DNA of 61,586 nucleotides, the filler included. It is 11 parts of 11 records of this genome, joined end to end, with 100 filler letters (N's around TTAATTAATTAA, not from the genome) between each part and the next. Parts side by side here need not be neighbours in the genome. Positions count along the whole stretch, not along the records: positions 9,305 to 16,849 come from SRR15195285_4304; positions 16,950 to 21,163 come from SRR15195285_4307; positions 21,264 to 29,736 come from SRR15195285_4308; 8 more parts are not named here. One strand, written 5' to 3'. The notes beneath the pieces were generated by a model. It did not search any database. It saw nothing but the letters and a program-made list of their open reading frames with translations, and was not told the origin of the DNA. The position numbers and the translations under genes were made by a program. Below are positions 12,801 to 22,106 of this stretch, one piece after another (positions within the stretch are counted from its first letter, which is position 1; every line of letters starts with the position of its first letter).

Positions 12801-15598
12801 CAGAACCGACTTGATGCAGACCGTCAAGGAGCCTTGCGCTGAAAGTACTCACGCAATACCGTCGCCCACTGAATACTACTGGAAATCGTTGTTCAAAGCG
12901 ATGACTAGACCGTATTCTGAAACTTCACCTGTTTCAGAGGTTTTCGTTGCCGTCGCTGCGACGATCCTAATGGGCTATTTATGGGGAGCTATCGCAGGTG
13001 CCTGGTACGATTCTAGCCCCCCACTACGAACTCATTCGCAAACTAACTCATTAATTCAAGAATCTCTCAGATAATGCGCGCCCATATCAACAGGTCGACA
13101 ATCTTCGCTGCAAACCAAATGGCATCGCAAGCGTACAAGATGAAGATGCGCGAGGTTCGAGAGTTTTGCAAGGTGAAAAACCTAGATTGGGGTGCTCGTG
13201 CTAAATTGACCGCACATTATGAACATCTCTATCCCGAACAAGTGATCGTGAACGAGAAAGCGATTCTCGACGAGCTGCCCCCACAAATGCGCGACGAGCT
13301 CATCAAGGATTTGTACGGCCAAGTGGTCTCATCGGTCCCGCTATTTTTTGGGCTGGATCCATCCGCGCTCACGGAATTGTGTCTTGCACTTGTGTCGGTG
13401 CCTGCACTGAAAGGCCAAAGCGTTGTTCGCCAGGGTCACATTGGTTCTGAGCTGTACGTCATCAACACGGGAATCTGTCGGGTTACACAGAAGCAGTTCG
13501 GTAGCGACAATACAGAGCGCGTACGCCAGTGGCTCACAGAGGTCTACAACACATTTTCTCTTCACAGGGAGCCGCTCAAGCTGTATGAACCAAACGAGAA
13601 GGGCATTATGGAGGACCTTCTGAAAGCCATCAAAAAAGCGAAGAAACGAAAGCTCGCTCAGTTTGAGCGCACCGAGCGAGACAGAGCACTAAAACATCAT
13701 GCTTCGGCTGATACCATGATGGTAAGCACGGACAAAATGCAGTCACTGGATGAGTTACATAGGCAAAAGTCGACACGAATCACGTACAGAGACTTACTTG
13801 ACGATGAAATGATTGAGCGAGTGATGCAAACTCACAGTGCGGGCCTGGAATCGTTGTTGTACTCCGCTAGAAGTCAAGGCCTCGTAACGTTTGTCGGCAA
13901 CCTGACGCTCAAGCCTGCTGAGAAGAAGAAGTCCGCACACAGCTTCTTTTCGGGTGATGATGAAGACCAGTCCAATGATGATGGACCGGTGATATCCTTG
14001 TCGGAAGACAAGACGCAGGCCAAGGGCAAGTCGTCATCCTACAAGATGTGCGAAGCTCTCAGAGATGGTGTGGTCCTTTGTGAAGTGGTGAACTTTTTCG
14101 TACAGCCTAGGGAACGTATCGCTGTGTGGCGGCCAAGCATTGTTGACAAAACTATGGCGAGCTCGGTAGCGCTCACAGCTGACCTTGTCGACGGCACACT
14201 AGAGGCTGCAGCAGCTGGAGCGGCAATGGGCGAAGTCATGGCTCGGGAGGCTGCTGAACGTGCAGAGGCTGTAGCACGTGAGGCTGCAGCGAAGTCGGCA
14301 GAGTTGGCAGAACAAGCTGCCATTCAAGCGGCGGAGCAAGCCGCAAAAAAGGGCGGAGCCGCAGGTGCTGCAGCGGTCGAACAGCTTAAAGCTGCAAAGC
14401 AAGCTGCATCTAAAGCTGCTGCGGACGCCCAGGCCATGGCTGAGCAAGCCCGGGCACAGGCGATGGAAGCTACTGGCGACATGACAAAAAATATGAATGC
14501 TGGTGTGAGCAGCAGTATGAGCGGCGGTATGTCAATGGTCGATGGGCTAGCAGTCGCCAGTGCCGCAGATGTCGCAGGGGCAGCGACGGATGGTATCTAC
14601 GACGCTCTGGGTGGTGGTCCCAAGCAAAACCTGAAGGCGTTCCGTCAACTATGCTTGGACCCGGAGAATATATTCAATCTACCTGCTCAGGAAGTACTTC
14701 TCGTGGACGACCTACTCGATTTTAACAAAGGATCAGATGCTGAGCAGACCGAAAGGCAACTTCGGGTGGTTCAGTCTGTGCTCAACCTCGGTCTGCCTAC
14801 ACAACCTCGCTCGCTTTTGGATTGCATTCTAGCTACATATGTACTGTGCAATGTCGTAGGACTGCTTTGGTGACCCGTGCATGCATCTGTCTGTTCGTTG
14901 TCGCAATTTGTGCAGCCTACGCCATGGTCAGCATGGATGAGTACAATGGACCGCAATTGGTGCGTTCTTGGCATTGCATGCATAGGGTGGATACAACGCT
15001 GACATACAATGCGTGTCGCCTATTCGTCTGTTTGTCCATTCTCGAGATCAGGATGAGGTCAATCTCGGCACACTCTCGTCAGGTGAGTTTTTTGCGGAGT
15101 TAGCACTTCTCCCGCTGAAAGGTGGCTGGAGGCATCGACGCACAGTCACGGCAGTGACGAATACGCTACTCTATGCACTCAGCAAACAGAGTGTGGAGCT
15201 ACTCGGACAGCGTTTCCCAGGCCTCCAGCACAATTTGACAGACCACGCGGAGGTACATTCTTGACACACGCATGCACGAGGCCAAGCGCTGGCAGCCAGC
15301 TTAACGTGTGCCGTTGATCTATTTGTACGCCCAGGATTTCGAAAAGATCTCTGCCATGCGCAAAGTACAGTCCAGTGTTGCAGATGAGATGCGCGACTCA
15401 AAGGCGAACAAGGGAATTCATGGTCGAGTTGAGCATGGATCAACCGACTCGAATCCGATTAGCATGATACAAGAACACCTTCAACAACAAGACGGGAAGA
15501 TGGCGGAGCTTGATCTAAAACTTTCGCAGCAAGACTCCGAGATCAAGGCAGTGCAACGGCAGTTGCGGGAGCTAATCTCGTTGCTAAAGAAAGAATGA
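9824..15598 (+). CDS. Cyclic-nucleotide-binding-domain ion channel (HCN/EAG/CNG superfamily) with N-terminal EF-hands and an inserted calponin-homology domain
   Basis: EF-hand FKQLDADGHGFL. S1-S4 with DILLNLHTAFY, YATGWMAIDVLSVLP and S4 LKAIRLIRLLKLLRVAR. C-linker ILDELPPQMRDEL. CNBD halves VPLF...GSELYVINTGICRV and LSSGEFFAELALL...RRTVTAVT. Introns 12718-12803, 13005-13093, 14791-14915, 14960-15051 and 15253-15334 all keep the frame. Confidence 0.85.
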
Positions 15599-15949
15599 GT
15601 TTTTTTCTTTTGGCCCAACCGTATCTCGATACCGCGTACCGGTCGATCTATAGGGAGTGTTAGATTGCGTGGGTGTTGCTAGCACTTTTCAAACTGGGAT
15701 AATTGGAATCCATCGTAGAGCCCTCTGTCACGTACAAAATCCATTGTAGAACTCTCAAGCTGGCATCATTCCATTAGTGTCAAAATGGACTGCGATCAAT
15801 CCAGCGCTTGTCACTGTATGTGAATGATCGCTGTTGCAGAGTGGTTTGCTTGCCTCAAGTTTGATTACTTGTGCGCGTGCACATTTGCTTACAGCTTCGC
15901 GCTTGCGGCCGGTGCACAACGCACGGGCCGCCCGACTGGCTTTGGCAAG

Positions 15950-16849
15950 CTACAACTGCGGTTGCGGCCGAGCCTTTGCCCACCCACACCCCATCCCGTA
16001 CGCAGAAGCGTTACGAATCGTAAAGTCGCCTCCACTCCCTTCGTTGAACACATGAGTTGACGTCGCATCGAGGCGAAAGTTCTCGTCTGTCGAAGTGAAA
16101 GCAGCTCGACCACCCATCAAAAATAGCTCGACGATTGGCCGGTCTACGATCAGTCGGACCTCCAGCAGCTCGCCCTTCAACAGCAAAATGGTGGTGTTGG
16201 CCGGCTTCGATGTCCCGCTGACAAGTGGTGCTGTCTGAAGCGGCGTGAAGGATACAGTGACCATGCGCACGCCGGTTGCCGGGTCGGGCGTTGTGATACG
16301 CTGCAGCTGGAGCGTCAGGGCGGCACCCTGTGTGGTGCCCTGTGGTGCGCGATCCGCGATCCCAAGCCCTCCAGAAGTACCGTGTGGCACCTCAATTGAC
16401 AGCGATATGTCAACTGCGCCGCCGCGCCCAGGTGGAATTGGTAGCGTGATCCTGCCGCCGTTAGGAACGTCACCTAAAGCTGTAGGCTTGAGGAATGTAG
16501 TGTTGCGCAACAGCGCTGTCTCTTCCACCGGGAAAGAAGAGAGCTGTTTTGCTGGCGCGTCCCACCTTATCTCACGAGGTAGAGAGATTGCAGCGGTGCG
16601 GTAACCATCCCATCCAGACCAACCTTGCCACGAGAGCCATGCGACCGTGAGAAGCCGTCCAGTGTCAGTCATTGGATCGGGTCCGTTCCTGCCGGCAGCC
16701 GCCAACTGGTACGCGACGGAACTGTCAATGAAAGTTGTGCCCATCACCACCATCGTCTCATTCTGCTCGTCGTATCTGCCAAACTGAAATGCCGAGCCTG
16801 TGTTTGCATTGATCACATGCGTTGGGGCACCAGATAGAGGACTGCCCGG
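15950..16849 (-). CDS. Glycoside hydrolase family 32 (beta-fructosidase-like), C-terminal part, 5'-truncated
   Basis: GRLLTVAWL...AAISLPREIRWD...FPVEETALLR and the beta-sandwich motif LEVRLIVDRPIVELF are typical of GH32 C-termini. Confidence 0.8.
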   Translation of the reverse strand, partial: PGSPLSGAPTHVINANTGSAFQFGRYDEQNETMVVMGTTFIDSSVAYQLAAAGRNGPDPMTDTGRLLTVAWLSWQGWSGWDGYRTAAISLPREIRWDAPAKQLSSFPVEETALLRNTTFLKPTALGDVPNGGRITLPIPPGRGGAVDISLSIEVPHGTSGGLGIADRAPQGTTQGAALTLQLQRITTPDPATGVRMVTVSFTPLQTAPLVSGTSKPANTTILLLKGELLEVRLIVDRPIVELFLMGGRAAFTSTDENFRLDATSTHVFNEGSGGDFTIRNASAYGMGCGWAKARPQPQL

Positions 16850-17077
16850 NNNNNNNNNNNNNNNNNNNNNNNNNNNNNNNNNNNNNNNNNNNNTTAATTA
16901 ATTAANNNNNNNNNNNNNNNNNNNNNNNNNNNNNNNNNNNNNNNNNNNNGCGGAGTCTGCTGCATTCATCAGTGAGTTCTATGTACTCCACAAGAGCTCC
17001 AGCGGGGGTGGTCTTTTGGCGCTCCCCACGGAAGTGGCCCCCCCCATACAATTGACTGGGCCGAAAAGGCGGACTTT

Positions 17078-19006
17078 GTGTGGAATAATATACAGTACTG
17101 TATGCAGACCACCGGGCTCTCCGGCTGGAGCAGACCGGATGCGGGGTTCTACGCCGGGCGGGGGGGAAGCTCGGGGCAGCTCGGCCTGCCGCTCGTCTCC
17201 GGTGGCAGCGGGCGCACCGGCGATCGCATCGGGGCGGACCCGAAGATCCACAGCTACAAGCGGACGGGCGTGACGGGCGCGCGGTACCCGTCCGTGGATG
17301 GGCCGGCGTACCGGCCGCCCTCGGATCTGACGTCCCTGCCTGTGGTGCAGCAGCTCATGACGACAGACTACACGTCCATCCACGAGAAGCAGAGGTACTG
17401 GGCAAAGGACTCAACCGGGGCGTTCGCTATGCTCGAAGCGAGCGCTCCACGCCAGCCGCCTATCTCGGCGCGCATCGTCGATCAGTTTGCCAGTGCCCGC
17501 GAGCCAGGCAAGGCAGGGCGGAAGGCCCTCGGCCAGCTGTTGAAGGAGCCCCAGCGCGCAGCGTCGTGCGAGCCCGTGCTATCAAGCTGTGCTGACAGGC
17601 CGCAGACCTCCCCACAGAGGGAGTTGCAGCGGCGGCTTGGAGAGTGGGCTCGAAAGCCAGGACTTGACACCGAAGCGCACACGCCAAAGCAGCTCGACAT
17701 CCCAGCAGCCCCAACCAACGCGTCGCCCCGTCGCTGCGCCAGTCCTTACGGGCGGATCAGCACGCTCCGTCCAAAGCCGCGGAAGCAGCTGCCTAGCATG
17801 GACGAGGCCAAGGCAGACCGTGAAGCGCGGCGCCAATTCAACCAGGAAGTTGATGACCAACTCGCTGCGTTCACGCACACCTCGCCACGCAAGCAGCAGA
17901 CCTGGGAAAAACGTCGTGCCCAGGTCGAAGCTCAGATCACTGCACGAGCGGTGGAGCCGTTTTCAGCGCTGCCACAAGAAGAGCAGCAGACTCTCAGTAC
18001 TGCTGCGCGACTGTCGGAGCCAAGCGGAGCCCTGTTCAGCTTGGATGCAGAACGAGCGGTCGTGCTTGCCCGTGGTATCGGTGCACTGGATGTGCAGTAC
18101 GGATGTGGTGGCCAGCTACCACGTTGCGTGCGTCGTGTCTGGAGTGGCCATGGAACCAGCGCACTACAAGAACACCGATTTGCTGACCTGGATATCAACG
18201 CTGGTTGCCGCCGCCTGATTCGGCACCTGCTGACTGCGGTCGAACAGGTATACCCGGGCAGAGCATCAGGCGAGCATATGCCACTTGCTACGCCCAGTCC
18301 TGCCGCCAGACGCAGCCGGGCCTCTGTGGAGTCTCGCCGGTCGTCCCGCAAAGCTGCTGCGACCCGTGCAGCCGGTCGACGGCCGCAGACGCAGAGCAGC
18401 GTCCGGGCCCAAGAACGAGCGGTGCAACGCTACCCGCCCCTCGAGATACCGATGCAGCACTACCCACTTGCACCGCACCCGCGGCCACAACTTCAAGAAC
18501 GAGACATGGACGCAGACGAGGACGAGCAGGAGCTGCGTGAGCTGGTTGCAGTTGACCATCGTGATGAGCTCGGAGCGTCGAGGCCGCACTCGCGTTCGCC
18601 GTCGCCGACACATTTCGGTTTCGAGTCGCGCAGCAACTCTCCGATGCCTCAGCAGGAAGCAGGCACTGCTGGGATTGTTACGCCCAACGCTGCTGCAAGT
18701 AGGTACACCACCTCGCCAGTGTTTGAGACGCCGTCCGACGCCGGCGGCCGTCTGTCTCCCGACCGTGAGAACTTCATCGAGAACGGGACTCAAGGTGTCG
18801 ACCCAATCCTGATCGGTGGCGGCAAGTTTCCGGCCGCGAGACCAGATCTTGCCTCGATGCTCGTAGACGAGCGCGAGGCACGCCTGCGGACGGAGCAGCG
18901 CGCCAGGCAAAGCATTGAAGCTGCCCAACTGAAGATGAAGGCGATGGAAGACCAGGTGGAGGCGCTTAGGATCGAACTGAGTTCTCACAACCAGGAGGCA
19001 ATGTAG
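17078..19006 (+). CDS. Hypothetical low-complexity/coiled-coil protein (642 aa)
   Basis: Long uninterrupted ORF with a C-terminal coiled coil. No family recognised and the start is uncertain. Confidence 0.6.
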   Translation: MWNNIQYCMQTTGLSGWSRPDAGFYAGRGGSSGQLGLPLVSGGSGRTGDRIGADPKIHSYKRTGVTGARYPSVDGPAYRPPSDLTSLPVVQQLMTTDYTSIHEKQRYWAKDSTGAFAMLEASAPRQPPISARIVDQFASAREPGKAGRKALGQLLKEPQRAASCEPVLSSCADRPQTSPQRELQRRLGEWARKPGLDTEAHTPKQLDIPAAPTNASPRRCASPYGRISTLRPKPRKQLPSMDEAKADREARRQFNQEVDDQLAAFTHTSPRKQQTWEKRRAQVEAQITARAVEPFSALPQEEQQTLSTAARLSEPSGALFSLDAERAVVLARGIGALDVQYGCGGQLPRCVRRVWSGHGTSALQEHRFADLDINAGCRRLIRHLLTAVEQVYPGRASGEHMPLATPSPAARRSRASVESRRSSRKAAATRAAGRRPQTQSSVRAQERAVQRYPPLEIPMQHYPLAPHPRPQLQERDMDADEDEQELRELVAVDHRDELGASRPHSRSPSPTHFGFESRSNSPMPQQEAGTAGIVTPNAAASRYTTSPVFETPSDAGGRLSPDRENFIENGTQGVDPILIGGGKFPAARPDLASMLVDEREARLRTEQRARQSIEAAQLKMKAMEDQVEALRIELSSHNQEAM

Positions 19007-19129
19007 TGTGTTGGTTTATTGTTAGAGATGAAGAGCAGCGGCGGAGGACCTCCAAAGGAACCGCCGTGCTGGTGGTGACATGACAGTGAGGCACAAGCAC
19101 AAAACACTTTCAGATCCTACTAGCAGACG

Positions 19130-20767
19130 CTAGAGTCGTGGTTTTGGCAGCTCGCCACGCTTGCGTGCTGCACCAACATCGCCTAGAGTATCGTCCGGTT
19201 CAGCGTTCCGGGATCCCCAGGTTGTATCCAATGGACGCGAGCTATTGGTTGGCTTTTGCAGATGGTCGTCATTTGCCCACCTGTTGACGGAGCCGCCCAT
19301 ATCGAATTTCATCGCATCGGGCATGCGCGTGTGCGTGCGGATATCTTCCGATACCTCGTCTGTGTGGCTCCAGTACACCTATGTGCCGCAAACACACCAC
19401 CATCACCGAGATTTTCAGTGGAACTGGCCGGTTTCGACTGAATGGACGGTGGAGCACAGGCTTTGGTACATGGAGATTGTGTTTGCGAGACTGCATCTGC
19501 AAGGCTAAGTAATCTACTCACTGGGAGGCTGCTTGAAACCACATCGAAGCCTAACATCAAGTCCACGGCCTGGGTATCTAAACCTTCAGATAGGAAACCA
19601 TGTTTCAGCTCTTGTAGCTTCTTTGACCACGCGTCCATCCCCTGTGCTGCCTCGACCACTGCCCCCGCTATAGCTTCTCTGTGCGGACAGAAATTCATTC
19701 GTCAGAGCAAGCCTCGGTGCAGACACACTCGCGAGCGCACCGTGTGCTGCCTTCGACTGGAAGATCAACGTCCGCCGCCTGCACAAATTGGTAGGCAAAC
19801 GCAGCTGCAAGGTAGCGATCTGCAGCTGAAAACGTGGTGCTGGTGTCCACAGGCTCTCCCCCACATACAAGCAAGACCCGCGAGTTTAACTCTGGAATAA
19901 AATCTGCATCGGTCTCTGACACGTCCGACCACCACTGTAGCACTCGGCGACGAACGGCGCTGAAGTTCACGAATGTTCCAATCAGTACCTCCTTCGCGCC
20001 TCGACATGCTGTCACCACCTTGCGGGCATCTTCCGATGCGTACAGCAGGTGCTTTCCACGCAGCCCATCCACGTACTCGCCGGGTCGGACGCCGCGTTCA
20101 GGCGACGACGTTGCCTCGGCCGTTGGCTGCAAAACACCGAGCCCCGTAGATACAAACGAGCCATCAGCGAGTTGCCCATGTCTGGCCGCGTCTCCAGCTG
20201 ACTAGACAGCACTGTGATACGATCTATTGTGCTCCGTGCATGGCGATGGGCGAGCACAAAGCCCATGCCTGGCTCCTAGTCTGGGGGCACCGAAAGGGAT
20301 GAGCGTGGAATACGTACCTCAGCGCTTGGCCCATGCTCCCCTCCAATGATGCGCTGCATCGGATGGCGAAACGTTTCTGCCGCGTACTCAGATGCGCTGC
20401 CTAGGTTGTCAAAGACCTTCACGGCCTTCGCGCCGCCCATCGCGATTGCTGTCGTCAGCGTGGTCGGCAGGCCGGTTCCAAGCAGCACCACCATCGACGC
20501 CTGCAGGCCACTGGTGCTCTGCAGCTGCTCCGGCGACGACAGGATCTCCACCTGCGCCAGCCACGAAAGCAACGCCCCATTGATCAGCTCTGTCTCTCTC
20601 TCGCGCGCGCGGCTGCGTCATGGCTCGATTGAATGCCAGACGCGTGGCGGAACCAAAAGGGCACACAACTGTTCGTTGAGCTCCGGAGGAGGTACAGTGA
20701 GCGGCGAGCGATTGAAAACCGCCGTGAAATCCTCCTTCGTCGGGTCGTCGGACAGCGGGTACTGCAT
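19130..20767 (-). CDS. 2-phosphosulfolactate phosphatase (ComB)-like protein with degenerate active-site motifs, multi-exon
   Basis: Motifs occur in ComB order: PTTLTTAIAMGGAKAV, IIGGE, DMGNS, GKHLLY, VLIGTFVNFSAV, VLLVCGG, FSAAD. Introns 20552-20653 and 20198-20317 are in frame. Downstream exon junctions are less certain. Confidence 0.55.
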
Positions 20768-21808
20768 GGCCCGCCGTGCACACCGCCTAGCCCGACGGAC
20801 AGCCCGGTCAGCGGTCTTCCCTGCCGGTGACGGAGGCACTAACCCGCCAGGCGAACCACAGTCTCCGCCAGCGACCGTGTTCCCACCCGACGCCCATGCG
20901 CATTGCGTAATGCGTATGTTTGAGTAGGAAGGCAAGGGAATTCAATACTTGCAGCTCGATATGGCGGCGGGAACTTCATGGCAGGATTGCGCGCAGATAT
21001 TCACCAGTGAAAATGAGACACCCTCAAACATGCGCCATGCACCCCCGGTGCGTCAGTAGCAAACAAGCAAAGATTCACGCGCGGCATGCAGTCACAGGCT
21101 GGGTTGGACTCTTGTGGAGTCAATCGAACTCACGGGTTCAGCACCGGCACTCCCTGATGGACANNNNNNNNNNNNNNNNNNNNNNNNNNNNNNNNNNNNN
21201 NNNNNNNTTAATTAATTAANNNNNNNNNNNNNNNNNNNNNNNNNNNNNNNNNNNNNNNNNNNNGCCGGCCGGCGCGGTGAACGCGCGCGCGACGACGCGA
21301 CGCGACGACGACCGCGTGCGCGCGCGCGTCGCCCGCGGGCGGGCGGCGGGCTCGCTGCATGCATTTTTTACGGTACGTACGCGCGCCGCGGTAGCCAGGT
21401 ACGAGTCAAAGTCATGATCTCATCGATGCGGTGCCTGCTTGCATCAACTGAATACACCTAAAGCGTCGGAGTGCATTAGAAACACTAAAGCAAGAGTAAC
21501 ACACCAAGAAAGCGCACGGCCACGCGGGGATCCCAGCTGGGTCGGCCAACATCCTTGACGAGGCTAGTCAAGGTAGTATCAGTAGACCCGCTCCCTAAGC
21601 CATCGAGACGGTACCACGAGCTAACCTGAGTGGTAGCCATCGCACTCGCATAGCGGCTCGTGGCGCGCGCACGTAGCCTCGTACGCAAACGCAAACTACC
21701 ACAGGCCTGATTTTCGCTCTAACAAATTTTTCGCTGATGCGATCGAATTGTCGCCCTTCGCTGATGTGCCGTGTGTGTTGTTGTGGATGCGCGCCTGGCC
21801 GCAGGCCA

Positions 21809-21849
21809 CGCCGCCACTCTTTAGTGGCGGAAACTAAAGAGTGGCGGCG
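21809..21849. repeat. Perfect 17-bp inverted repeat with 7-nt loop and a nested alternative hairpin
   Basis: CGCCGCCACTCTTTAGT (21809-21825) / ACTAAAGAGTGGCGGCG (21833-21849). Nested CCGCCACT-CTTT-AGTGGCGG at 21811-21830. Confidence 0.9.
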
Positions 21850-22106
21850 GTGGGCCCCGGCTTTTCTGACTGAAGCGTGGAGGACGATCCATCTCGCTGC
21901 AATCAATCGAAATAGACGACCAGGATTTACATGAACAAGACAACCAAGTTGTCGGCCCCTCAGCACCTTCGAAGCAATGCCTCTCGGTTTAGGAAACCTT
22001 AAGCTTGGCTTATTGGGCACGCAATCTTGCAGGCTCTCGCTCGCACTCTCCTTCCGCTTCTCCTCCCATCGACCGAGGTTCTGCACTATCATTCTGCATG
22101 CACTTA

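Noticed and set aside
17460-18988. Many long antisense and alternate-frame ORFs overlapping real genes
   Set aside because: These are expected shadows in GC-rich coding DNA and show no recognisable motifs.
21264-21400. CG-rich CGCG/GACGAC tract (similar one at 56380-56470)
   Set aside because: Simple low-complexity sequence at or near contig ends, with no definable element.
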